NCBI GenBank assembly: GCA_031288595.1
Contig: JAITRB010000006.1
Coordinates: forward strand, 1-32,000
DNA from: Puniceicoccales bacterium
GTDB taxonomy: Bacteria > Verrucomicrobiota > Verrucomicrobiia > Opitutales > JAIRLG01
Reading direction: 5' to 3'
Length of the DNA: 32,000 nt
Each line of letters starts with the position of its first letter. Positions within the stretch are counted from its first letter, which is position 1. Under the pieces are notes generated by a model. That model was not told the DNA's origin and did not search any database. It worked only from the letters and a program-made list of their open reading frames with translations. Made by a program: the position numbers and the translations under genes. Positions 1 through 8,167 of the stretch are shown in pieces.

Positions 1-1119
1 ATGGAATTACGAGAGGAGGTCGGGCGTCTGCACACGCGGCTGCAGGCTCTTAGGAGATTTCTAAAGGTCGAGGAGCAGCAGGAAAAAATCGCGGAGGCGG
101 AGAAAAAAATGGCTGCACCCAGCTTTTGGAGCACAGCTGCAGCGGCCCAGAACCTTATCGCTGAACTGCAGTCGCGGCGCTCGGCCATCGCCGGATTTCT
201 CTCGCTGGAAAAAAAAATTGAAGAACCGCAGATATTGGCAGAATTGCTGGAAGAGGAAGAGGAAACGTCAGCGGAGGTCGAGAAGCATATTGAGGAACTG
301 CGGGAAGAGATCCTGCGCCGCTCCGCCGAGATAGATGCCCTAGAACTCACCTCTTTTCTGAACCAGCCCCACGACCGCTGCCCTGCCTTGCTGACAATTC
401 ACGCCGGTGCCGGCGGGACGGAGTCCTGTGATTGGGCGGAGATGCTGCTGCGGATGTACCAGCGCTGGGGAGAGCGGCGTGGATTTGGGGTAGAGATCCA
501 GGACATTCAGGAAGGGGAAGAGGCGGGCCTCAGCCGCGCGAGCCTGAGAATCACCGGTCCCCATGCCTACGGCTACGCCAAGGCCGAGCGCGGTGTCCAT
601 CGCCTCGTACGCATCAGTCCCTTCGACGCGAACCGGCGTCGCCACACCTCTTTCTGCGCGGTCGATGTCATCGCGGAGATCGAGGACGAAGCCGAGCTGG
701 AGATCCGTGAGGAGGAAATCCGCATCGACACCTATCGCTCCAGCGGCAAGGGCGGACAGCACGTCAATCGGACAGAATCGGCCATCCGCATCACCCATCT
801 GCCGACCGGCCTTGTGGCGACTTGCCAGAACGAGCGTTCCCAGTACAAGAACAAGGCATCTGCCATGAAAACCCTGCGCTCCCGCCTCTACGAGCGCCTG
901 GAGGATGAGAAACGCAGTGCCATGGAAAAATTTTACGGCGAGAAGGGAGAGATGGGCTGGGGGTACCAGATTCGGAGCTACGTCCTGCAACCCTACCAGA
1001 TGGTCAAGGACCTGCGCACCGGCGTTGAGACGAGCGACGTCGCGGGTGTACTGGATGGCAATCTCGACGCTTTCATCGCCGCTTGGCTACGGGCCGGTCG
1101 TCCCCGGGCCCGCCAATGA
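1..1119 (+). CDS. prfB: peptide chain release factor 2
   Basis: 372-aa ORF colinear with RF2. It has the SPF tripeptide (RISPFD) and the GGQ motif ([14 protein letters not shown]). It reads in a single frame. ATG is at window base 1, so the true start could lie slightly upstream. Confidence 0.92.
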   Translation: MELREEVGRLHTRLQALRRFLKVEEQQEKIAEAEKKMAAPSFWSTAAAAQNLIAELQSRRSAIAGFLSLEKKIEEPQILAELLEEEEETSAEVEKHIEELREEILRRSAEIDALELTSFLNQPHDRCPALLTIHAGAGGTESCDWAEMLLRMYQRWGERRGFGVEIQDIQEGEEAGLSRASLRITGPHAYGYAKAERGVHRLVRISPFDANRRRHTSFCAVDVIAEIEDEAELEIREEEIRIDTYRSSGKGGQHVNRTESAIRITHLPTGLVATCQNERSQYKNKASAMKTLRSRLYERLEDEKRSAMEKFYGEKGEMGWGYQIRSYVLQPYQMVKDLRTGVETSDVAGVLDGNLDAFIAAWLRAGRPRARQ

Positions 1120-1132
1120 GGAAGAATTGCCT

Positions 1133-1915
1133 GTGCGCCTTATCTCCTGGAATGTCAATGGCCTGCGCTCCGTCCTGAAAAAGGGATCTTTAGAAGATCT
1201 GTCCTCGTGGAAGGTCGATATCCTCTGTCTGCAGGAGACGAAGGCCTCCCACGAGATCATGGAAGCACTCCTGCCCACGCTGAGCCTGCCCTATCCCGTT
1301 CGCCACTTCCATTCGGCCGAGCGCAAGGGCTACGCGGGGGTAGCGATTTTTTCTCAAAGGGAACCGGAAAGGGTTTTCGTTCCAGAGGCCCTCGTCCACT
1401 GTACCGGCAGCGACGAAGGACGGGGATTGATTCATGACTATGGGAATCTCTACGTCGTGACGCTCTACGTGCCGAATTCCGGTGAGGGGCTACGGCGGCT
1501 CGATTTTCGCAGGCGCATCTGGGATCCCTGTTGTGCCGCGCTTTTGCGGGACTTAGCCGCGCAAAAGCCCACCGTCGTCTGCGGGGATTTCAACGTGGCC
1601 CATCAGGAAATCGATCTGGCCAGGCCGGAGCAGAATCATGAGAATGCCGGCTTCACGGATCAGGAACGGGAGGGATTTTCCCGCATTCTGCAAACGGGCT
1701 TTGTGGACAGCTTCCGCTATCTTTACCCGGAGAAACGGGAGGCCTACAGTTGGTGGTCTCTGCGCACGGCCGCCCGGGCCCGCCACATCGGCTGGCGCAT
1801 CGACTATGTCCTGATCAGCCAAAACCTATGTCCGGCTCTGCAGGACGCTTTTATCCTTCAAGATGTTTTGGGATCTGACCATGCGCCCGTCGGCATTGAG
1901 CTAAACTTTCCTTGA
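1133..1915 (+). CDS. xth: exodeoxyribonuclease III
   Basis: This is the frame of ORF 905..1915. The N-terminus VRLISWNVNGLRS aligns with the ExoIII start MKFVSFNINGLR. Other ExoIII motifs are DILCLQETK, the C-terminal GSDHAPVGIEL and WRIDYVL. The GTG at 1133 lies about 9 nt after GAGGAAG; TTG at 1127 is an alternative start. Confidence 0.85.
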   Translation: MRLISWNVNGLRSVLKKGSLEDLSSWKVDILCLQETKASHEIMEALLPTLSLPYPVRHFHSAERKGYAGVAIFSQREPERVFVPEALVHCTGSDEGRGLIHDYGNLYVVTLYVPNSGEGLRRLDFRRRIWDPCCAALLRDLAAQKPTVVCGDFNVAHQEIDLARPEQNHENAGFTDQEREGFSRILQTGFVDSFRYLYPEKREAYSWWSLRTAARARHIGWRIDYVLISQNLCPALQDAFILQDVLGSDHAPVGIELNFP

Positions 1916-2018
1916 CGGGAAGATTTTTAGGGCTAGCCTGGACCCTGATTTGGATGGAGCTAAAATAGCCCAAAGGGACAGGGCTTTCCCATCCTCGATC
2001 GGATAAAGGAGGAAGAGA

Positions 2019-3284
2019 ATGTGGGAAGAGGAAGGGGGATATCTGGAGAAGAGGCTGCTGTGCTGGTTTTTCGTCACCCTGTTGTCCTTTCTATATGTCC
2101 AGATAGTCGATGGGGAACCTGGCGAAATCGGTCCGATGAATGGGGCCCCTGCGCCTTCTCCGACCACGTCAGGGAGCGCAGCTCCGAAAGATTCCACCGC
2201 AGCGACAGGGACTCCGCTAAGTTCCAGGGACTTCACTCCAGATACTCCGGAGGCCGGTCCCTCCTCTAGGGCTCTGCGGATCGCTGTTTTTCTGTGGCGT
2301 GGCGAGACGGACGCAGAACGATCCTTCTACCAAAAGCTTCGGGAATTGGGCTATAAGGTCACCTGCGATGTCTTCGACGTCCATCAGAGTCTGAAGGAGC
2401 TCTTTCAGATCCTGGACCATCAGTTCGATGCAAAGCAGTACCAGTACGTCTACGCCTTCGGGAGCCAGCTGGCGCTCATCCTGAAGCGGCACCTGCGCAA
2501 CGAGGTACCCCTGCTGTTCAACGCGGTGAGCTTTCCGGAAGAATCCGGACTGGTCGTGGGTCTGCGGCAGACCCGGGAAAATACGAGCGGTTTCACCGCC
2601 TCGGTGCTGAACATCACCGGTGGGAACGCCTCCGGTATTCGGGTCGTGAGCGACATCCGGGTACAATTGGAATACGTGAGGTTGCTCCTCCCCTTCGAGC
2701 GCCTCTGCGTCTGGGTTAATCCCCAGGACTTGGGCTCGATGGAGAGCCTGAAGCAGCTGGAAGGCCTGGCAGCGGAATTTCAATTCCAGGTATTCGGCTA
2801 TCGCATTCCCAATGAAGACGCGCTGCAAAACGCATCGAAGTTGCTCGGCGAGGGTCATTTTCCCATCAAGTGCGACGCCATCTGGATCCCTTCCGCTTCG
2901 CTGTTCGTAAAAAACGCCAAGCTCCTGGGACAGGGGCTCCTGAAGTCCCAGGTACCGGCCATTACCGAGGCACTGGCTATGGTGGAAGCGGGTGCGCTGA
3001 TCGCCGTCGCTCCGGACCACTCTCAGACCGGTATTCGTCTGGCGGAAATACTGGATCAGCATAGAGGAGGACGGGATTTACAATTCATTCCGGTCAAATA
3101 TCCGGAACCCCAGATCTGCATCAATAAAAATGCACTGCGGCAGTTCTCCCTCTCCATTGCGGATAAGCCGAATGACTTTCTGAAGAGAGTCCGCTATGTG
3201 CAGACCAGCCTTTCGGGAGTGGAGTTGGGAGATCCCGTCGGAATGCCCGTCGATATTACCCTTTTCGCCGAACAGACCAGCTGA
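2019..3284 (+). CDS. ABC-transporter-type substrate-binding domain protein (ABC_sub_bind/PF04392-like), membrane-anchored
   Basis: The ATG is preceded by AAGGAGG. There is an N-terminal hydrophobic anchor (LLCWFFVTLLSFLYV) followed by a Pro/Ser/Thr-rich linker. The periplasmic-binding-like body (ALRIAVFLWRGETDAERSFYQKLRELGYKV...NAVSFPEESGLV) resembles the ABC_sub_bind family from memory. No permease or ATPase gene is adjacent. Confidence 0.6.
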   Translation: MWEEEGGYLEKRLLCWFFVTLLSFLYVQIVDGEPGEIGPMNGAPAPSPTTSGSAAPKDSTAATGTPLSSRDFTPDTPEAGPSSRALRIAVFLWRGETDAERSFYQKLRELGYKVTCDVFDVHQSLKELFQILDHQFDAKQYQYVYAFGSQLALILKRHLRNEVPLLFNAVSFPEESGLVVGLRQTRENTSGFTASVLNITGGNASGIRVVSDIRVQLEYVRLLLPFERLCVWVNPQDLGSMESLKQLEGLAAEFQFQVFGYRIPNEDALQNASKLLGEGHFPIKCDAIWIPSASLFVKNAKLLGQGLLKSQVPAITEALAMVEAGALIAVAPDHSQTGIRLAEILDQHRGGRDLQFIPVKYPEPQICINKNALRQFSLSIADKPNDFLKRVRYVQTSLSGVELGDPVGMPVDITLFAEQTS

Positions 3285-3321
3285 AAGCCCTCTGACCTGC
3301 GGCCTGGATACGTTCATCCTT

Positions 3322-3425
3322 GGCGCTGTCTTTGGCGCCTGAAAGCGGAAAGGCTACGCCTTCCGCTTCCAGGCGCAGGCCCGCGCAACGCGCGGGCGAT
3401 TCCTCCGGAATCCAAAGACAGCGCC
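3322..3425 (-). repeat. structured intergenic palindromic element, copy A (outer stem plus 3 hairpins), inverted orientation
   Basis: A perfect 14-bp outer stem pairs GGCGCTGTCTTTGG (3322-3335) with CCAAAGACAGCGCC (3412-3425). A long imperfect hairpin spans 3336-3375. The GCCCGCGC/GCGCGGGC hairpin spans 3379-3397. A small ATTCC/GGAAT hairpin spans 3399-3411. The element begins 37 nt after the stop of the upstream gene. Confidence 0.8.
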
Positions 3426-3596
3426 CCAGGAAACACCGAAGCGGTCCGTGAAACTGCCCTTGAGAGCAGAACCGTCTTTCCCCTCGGGAGGCTCCATCTG
3501 CTCTGGTTCGTCGCGAGGGAGAAGGGCATGCCTCTCCGCATGGGATTGGCTTGATTTCACCAAAGATTCTCGCAGCCTGTCGCCTTCCAGAGGCCT

Positions 3597-3672
3597 GGGG
3601 GAGTAGCTCAGCGGATAGAGCAGCGGTCTTCTAAACCGAAGGTCGAGGGTTCGATTCCCTCTTCCCCCGCCA
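3597..3672 (+). tRNA. tRNA-Arg (anticodon UCU)
   Basis: A 76-nt cloverleaf folded by hand. It has a 7-bp acceptor stem (GGGGGAG/TTCCCCC), a D stem GCTC/GAGC, and the anticodon loop C-U-UCU-A-A. The T stem is GAGGG/CCCTC with a TTCGATT loop. The discriminator is G and CCA is encoded. Confidence 0.9.
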
Positions 3673-3725
3673 GGAAGATCTCCACCATGGAACCCCGCAC
3701 AGGGCCACGCTCCATCCGCAAAGGA

Positions 3726-4283
3726 CTATTCGACCCGGTCCAAGACGACGCAGCTGCGGGAGAGTAGGTCATGCAGGCAGCGTCGGCGGGCACTGGGGAA
3801 GCAGAGCGGCAGCAGATCGAGGAGAAAGAACGGAGAGAAAGCCGCGAGAGCCTTCAGCCAGGAGCGGAGAATCTGTTGCCAAGCCTTGGGACTGGTGAGG
3901 AAAATTCCATCCCCATCCTGCCCGCTGTGCAGAGGACTCGAGAGGCTGCGAAGGGCGAGGATGGCCTTCCCCAAAGTCCGTCCCCTCCAAATCCCTTCGC
4001 TGGCCCCGAAGTAGATCCAGGTAACTAGGAAGCTGATTTTCTGACCGACCCACAGCATGTGAAGGATTTGGAAGGGGATTAGGGAAGTCACCAGGGTTTC
4101 GCTTCGGATGAGGCGCAGCAGGTCCTGCCAGGGTTCTTGGAAGTAGGAGGGAAATACCCAAAGAGCCAGCAGACTTGTGCTCAGACCAGAGACGAGGATC
4201 ATATCCAGGCTAAAGGCCCAGAATCTCCGGCTGAGACTGGCACGTTCCAGCATGAAAGGATCAGAGAGCTTGTAATTGTCCAT
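3726..4283 (-). CDS. RDD family membrane protein
   Basis: This is the C-terminal 185 aa of ORF 3726..4598. It contains the RDD-like signature RRFWAFSLDMILV, several hydrophobic helices and WRGRTLGKAIL. ATG 4283 (MDNYKL) overlaps the upstream gene by 23 nt; ATG 4253 is an alternative start. The N-terminal part of the long ORF looks non-coding or antisense. Confidence 0.7.
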   Translation of the reverse strand: MDNYKLSDPFMLERASLSRRFWAFSLDMILVSGLSTSLLALWVFPSYFQEPWQDLLRLIRSETLVTSLIPFQILHMLWVGQKISFLVTWIYFGASEGIWRGRTLGKAILALRSLSSPLHSGQDGDGIFLTSPKAWQQILRSWLKALAAFSPFFLLDLLPLCFPSARRRCLHDLLSRSCVVLDRVE

Positions 4284-4962
4284 GGCATTCCAGGGATTGA
4301 AAGTGCTGCGGTCGGTTGAGGGCGAAAAGTTCCCTCTGCCAGATGTCCTGGGCCGAGGGCATCTGGGGCGCAGTAAAAAGCTTATCCGCCTCCAAAACCC
4401 GAATGTCGAGGGAGATTCCAGAAAAGGGAACTGGCAGGTAGAATCCGTCCCAACTGCGGAGGCGCCAGGCGCGTTGGAAATGAACCCCCACCACGACGAG
4501 GGGGAGGCGCGTCTCCTGCGCGAGCCATAGGGCCCCTTCCTTAGCGACGTAGCGCGGGCCCCGCGGGCCATCCGGAGTGATGGCCACGCTTGCCCCACTC
4601 CGCAAAATCCCGACGCAGTTCCGCAGGGCTAACTGCCCACCGCGCTGGCTCGAGCCGCGAACGCTGGAGATTCCCAATCCCTTGTAGACACCGGACAACC
4701 AGGCCCCGTCCTTGCTGGGACTGACCAGTCCATAGATGGCCCGCGTTCCGCGGTAGGCTCCGTGGAGGCGGGCGAGTGGAAAGAGTCGGTTATGCCAGAA
4801 ACAAAAGATTTTTGGCGAAGACTCCCCGTAGAGCAGTTCCCGCAAGCGCGCCGTGCCGCGGAGCTGCAGGGTTCGGGACCAGAGGCGCAAGATGAAGACA
4901 CAGGGTTGAAGGCAGAACCTCTGCCAACCGGACAGATGATGTGTATTCCTCCTCTCCGCCAT
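4261..4962 (-). CDS. DUF374 / lysophospholipid acyltransferase-like protein
   Basis: The motifs FCFWHNRLF, SPSKDGAWL, RGSSQRGG and ITPDGPRGPRY are typical of the DUF374 family. The ATG is at 4962 (MAERRN); the ORF extends to 5019 with a non-ATG start. Confidence 0.75.
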   Translation of the reverse strand: MAERRNTHHLSGWQRFCLQPCVFILRLWSRTLQLRGTARLRELLYGESSPKIFCFWHNRLFPLARLHGAYRGTRAIYGLVSPSKDGAWLSGVYKGLGISSVRGSSQRGGQLALRNCVGILRSGASVAITPDGPRGPRYVAKEGALWLAQETRLPLVVVGVHFQRAWRLRSWDGFYLPVPFSGISLDIRVLEADKLFTAPQMPSAQDIWQRELFALNRPQHFQSLECHGQLQAL

Positions 4963-5242
4963 GATGCCCTGTATGCCCTCATCCGAAGCCCGCGCCGACT
5001 GGGCGCCTTCGGAATTCACGGCTTCCTAAGCTGGACATGAGCGGAGCGAAATCAAGTCGGGAAGGAGGCCACCGCTCTCCACGAGCCCATAAATGAGCGC
5101 GAAAAAACGCTGACTTGCGGGGGAATAGGAGGTGGATGGATGAGCGGGCTCTTGAGATGCGTGAGGCTCGTACGGGAGGCAAAACGTTAAGGTATACACA
5201 CAGGTTTGGGCAGAGGATAAAGCATGGGGCCTTGAGAGTGTG

Positions 5243-6625
5243 CTAGTGGGTCGACGGTTCTGTCGAGGATAAGTTATGGGCTCTTTTCAGGAGCCAGCGG
5301 TAGCGAAAAAAGAAGAGGATGCTCATGACGACCTCGTTGAGAAGGGCGTACTGGATGTAGGCCAACGCCCGATGGGAACCGTAACAGAGGGTATGGTGAA
5401 CCGGCAGCGCGACGAGGAGACCGTAGCAGATGGGGGCCGAGATCATCCGGAATACGGTATCACCGAAAGCGGTGATCATGGAGAAGAAGTTGAAGTGGAT
5501 GAACTCCGCGAAGAAGAATAGCCAGGCCCAAGCGAAGAACTCGCGGATGAGCAGGCGCAGATTCCCCGATTGGAGGTCGACGGCGAAGAGGCGGAGAAGA
5601 GGCTCCGGATCGAAGATCATGAAGAGCGAGGGCAGGCCGCAGAAGATGAAGGACAGGATGATCCAGGAGCGCGTGTTGCGGGCAATGGTGTCCCACTGAC
5701 GAGCCCCGATAGCATTGGAATCGACGGTGGTGACGCCGGCTCCAGTCCCCTCGATGAGGAAGTAAAAGGCGAGGAAGACAGTCATGGTTATGCCGTAGAG
5801 CAAAAATTCCTCACGGGAGGCATGCTGTGCACAGAGCTGCATCATCCAGGCCCAGAGAAGAGCATTGATGAGCCGCGTGAACGCATTGGGGCTGCCGAGG
5901 CGGAGGCATTCCCTCCACATATCCCAGCGCAGGGAAATATCACCGGTTCGGTAGGTCTGCCGGTAGTTTTTTTTAAGAAAGAGCCAGAGAAAGAGGCAAA
6001 AGCTTACGCTCTGGGCTATGCCCGTTCCCAGGGCCGCTCCGGCGATGCCCAAAGAGGGGATGAAGCCCCAGCCGAAGATCAAAACCACATCGGCCACAAG
6101 ATTGATGATGAGGGAAATGAGCGTTATGGCCAGGACGGTCTTCGTCTGGCCACGGCCGACGAAAAAAGACCCGAGGGCCCCAAAGCTGGCGTGCGCCACC
6201 GGCTGGAAGCAGAACAAAATGCGCAGATAAACACTGCCCAGTTCCCGGACATTTTCGGCCAGAAAGCGCGGGATGAGGGGGATGAGGAAGAAGCCAATGG
6301 GAAGCCACAGCAGCAGCGAGAACCAGAACATCTGCCAGACAACGGGGCCAATGTACGTGTACTGCCGCGCCCCATTATAGCGCCCGACCAGCACTCCGGC
6401 GATTGAGGTGATGCTCATGGCGACGTCCCCCACGGCCCAATAGCAGGGGAGGCAGGCGACGTTGGCGCTGAAGGCCTCCGGCGAGTAGCGGGCGAGGATC
6501 AGGCGATCACTGACGACCATCAGACAGCTGGCAGCCGACGAGAGGATCATCGGCCAGGCGATGGTAAATAGCTCCTGCAGTCCGCCAGGGGGATAAGGCG
6601 TCAAGGGCTTGTCGTGTCTGTCCAT
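5243..6625 (-). CDS. MATE family efflux transporter
   Basis: A polytopic membrane protein of about 460 aa with 12 hydrophobic segments. The MATE-like N-terminus reads LFTIAWPMILSSAASCLMVVSDRLILARYSPEAF. The ATG at 6625 (MDRHDK) was verified on the sequence. Confidence 0.85.
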   Translation of the reverse strand: MDRHDKPLTPYPPGGLQELFTIAWPMILSSAASCLMVVSDRLILARYSPEAFSANVACLPCYWAVGDVAMSITSIAGVLVGRYNGARQYTYIGPVVWQMFWFSLLLWLPIGFFLIPLIPRFLAENVRELGSVYLRILFCFQPVAHASFGALGSFFVGRGQTKTVLAITLISLIINLVADVVLIFGWGFIPSLGIAGAALGTGIAQSVSFCLFLWLFLKKNYRQTYRTGDISLRWDMWRECLRLGSPNAFTRLINALLWAWMMQLCAQHASREEFLLYGITMTVFLAFYFLIEGTGAGVTTVDSNAIGARQWDTIARNTRSWIILSFIFCGLPSLFMIFDPEPLLRLFAVDLQSGNLRLLIREFFAWAWLFFFAEFIHFNFFSMITAFGDTVFRMISAPICYGLLVALPVHHTLCYGSHRALAYIQYALLNEVVMSILFFFRYRWLLKRAHNLSSTEPSTH

Positions 6626-6710
6626 GATGAAAGCTCGACAGGGAAGCAAACAAAAAAAACGCGCTACTCCAGAGAAATAACGCGCCTACGCTGGAATAGT
6701 TTCTGAAACC

Positions 6711-7025
6711 CTAAAGGATTTCCTTGAGTTTGCTGCCCGCCTTGAAGCGAATGCTCTTGGATGCAGCGATACGGATTTTCTCCCCCGTGCGCGGATTAAC
6801 CCCCTGACGGGCGGCCCGTTGATTGATGGTAAACGTCCCGAAGCCGATGAGTTGAACACTCCCGTCAAGCTTGAGTCCTTCCGCGATGGCAGACAGGATC
6901 GTGTTGATGACGTTCTCGGTCGAAGCCCGACTGATCAGCTCCTCACAGGGAGTTTTGGACTTGGGCTTATAGCAGCTCTTGTTCAGCAAGGCATGCGTTT
7001 TGGCAATCAGATCGGATTTATTCAT
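6711..7025 (-). CDS. HU/IHF family DNA-binding protein
   Basis: MNKSDLIA...VQLIGFGTFTINQRAARQGVNPRTGEKIRIAASKSIRFKAGSKLKE matches the HU beta-arm region. The ATG at 7025 was verified. It is 104 aa, about 14 aa longer than canonical HU. Confidence 0.85.
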   Translation of the reverse strand: MNKSDLIAKTHALLNKSCYKPKSKTPCEELISRASTENVINTILSAIAEGLKLDGSVQLIGFGTFTINQRAARQGVNPRTGEKIRIAASKSIRFKAGSKLKEIL

Positions 7026-7280
7026 AGGTATACAGGAATTGTTACTCGGTGATCTCTTAAAAAGAGAAAACAGGTCTAGTAAAGCATGCTTTCTCCTCGA
7101 TTCGTCAATGCTTATTAGGCGCCAAAGAGAGCTTTCTTCTGCCTTCTTCACGCTTTACAAAGAAAAAAAGCTTCCTTAGTTAAGGGTTCATGTCATGAAT
7201 TGCCATGATATCTAGGAGAGAAGCGGTGCGTTCATCGATGGCCATTCCCCTTCTCATAGAGGAAATTGATAAAAGTCTAT

Positions 7281-8123
7281 ATGCCCGAATTTGAAGTGAC
7301 GGAACAAGTGAGAGGAGAAGAATTCACCCCCAATCTCAGAACTCCGGTGTCCGGAGAAGAACCAGAGGGAGTGATGCCGGAGCCGCGCGAGACGACGGCC
7401 AATCCGGCTCATCCGGAAGCACGCCCCGCAGCTCTGAAGCGAGGACGTCTGCCACGGACGGCTCTGGTTGCCCGGGGCAACGGCGAGGAAAGCAACAGGG
7501 GCATGGGGGAAATCGACGAACGCGAATCGGTCTTCAGCGATGCACTCGCCCAGAAACTGTCGGCGGGAAGACCTCAATCCAATCCTCCCTCGAGACCTGA
7601 TTCCCCATCGCCTTCTCCCCGACGCGTCAAGGTGTCAGCCAAGCCGATGACGGACAAGACGACCCGTGTTCTGGACGAGCACCATCGGGAGATAGAGGAT
7701 GTACCCGTACCCATCACCCGGAGCAAGACCAGTTCCCGAAGCCCGCGCAGCTCTTCGAGAGGCCACCCGGCGAGGGCGCAGGAACAGCCCCCTTCCAGGA
7801 CGCAGGAAGCCTCCTCTGTGATCGAGAAGTACGATCGTTTCGAGAGAAGCTCCTGTTGCCGCAGGAACAAAAAAGAAAATGCCGGTGACGCGCCCTGCGC
7901 CTGTCGCCTGAAATCCACCTGGTCAAAGTGGTGGCATAAGCTCGTGGGATGTTTCAGCAATGATGCAGGGACCCGCCATTCCGGACACCGAAGCGCTGAG
8001 GGGAGTGGGCGCCCGCAGCGCAGCACCGGTCTTGATCATCCTGAAGAATACAGGCGACGCAGCGAGCCTTCCCGCTCCCGCCATTCTTCCGGTCCGAGGC
8101 GCATTCGAAGAGAAGCTCCATAA
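7281..8123 (+). CDS. hypothetical low-complexity (Arg/Ser/Pro/Glu-rich) protein
   Basis: This is the only long ORF filling the 1.1 kb gap between HU and murA, and it has the same orientation as murA. Codon third positions look plausible. No family is recognisable, and an antisense 150-aa ORF also exists here. The coding status is uncertain. Confidence 0.35.
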   Translation: MPEFEVTEQVRGEEFTPNLRTPVSGEEPEGVMPEPRETTANPAHPEARPAALKRGRLPRTALVARGNGEESNRGMGEIDERESVFSDALAQKLSAGRPQSNPPSRPDSPSPSPRRVKVSAKPMTDKTTRVLDEHHREIEDVPVPITRSKTSSRSPRSSSRGHPARAQEQPPSRTQEASSVIEKYDRFERSSCCRRNKKENAGDAPCACRLKSTWSKWWHKLVGCFSNDAGTRHSGHRSAEGSGRPQRSTGLDHPEEYRRRSEPSRSRHSSGPRRIRREAP

Positions 8124-8167
8124 ACCTCATACTTTCAGCCCAAGAGCAAAATTCACTGCTGTTCTCC

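Noticed and set aside
1-120. Looked for the programmed +1 frameshift site (CTT TGA C after an SD-like element) typical of many prfB genes.
   Set aside because: The N-terminal region (…[17 protein letters not shown]…) reads through in one frame. It is colinear with both halves of RF2, and there is no in-frame stop near codon 25. This prfB does not need frameshifting, which is common in many lineages.
3322-3425. Considered whether the cloverleaf-like repeats are tRNA-derived (tRNA-like or SINE-like elements) or integron attC sites.
   Set aside because: They have no conserved T-loop (GTTCRANYC) or D-loop, no anticodon-like 7-nt loop and no CCA. There is no RYYYAAC/GTTRRRY core and no integrase, and the flanking genes are core housekeeping genes rather than cassettes.
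5136-5246. A 36-aa plus-strand ORF (MDERALEMREARTGGKTL...) preceded by AGGAGG, in the gap between two minus-strand genes.
   Set aside because: The SD-to-ATG spacing is only ~3 nt. The ORF runs into the MATE stop region, and there is no recognisable peptide family. This is insufficient evidence for a gene.
6650-6710. A T8 tract on the minus strand downstream of the HU gene, considered as an intrinsic terminator.
   Set aside because: I could find only 4-5 bp of pairing with a large loop upstream of the T tract. That is too weak to call from sequence alone.
7187-7199. A 13-bp palindrome TTCATG-T-CATGAA in the AT-richer divergent region between HU and the downstream ORF, considered as a possible operator.
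   Set aside because: A 6-1-6 palindrome is expected several times by chance in 32 kb. No second copy or adjacent regulator gene supports it.
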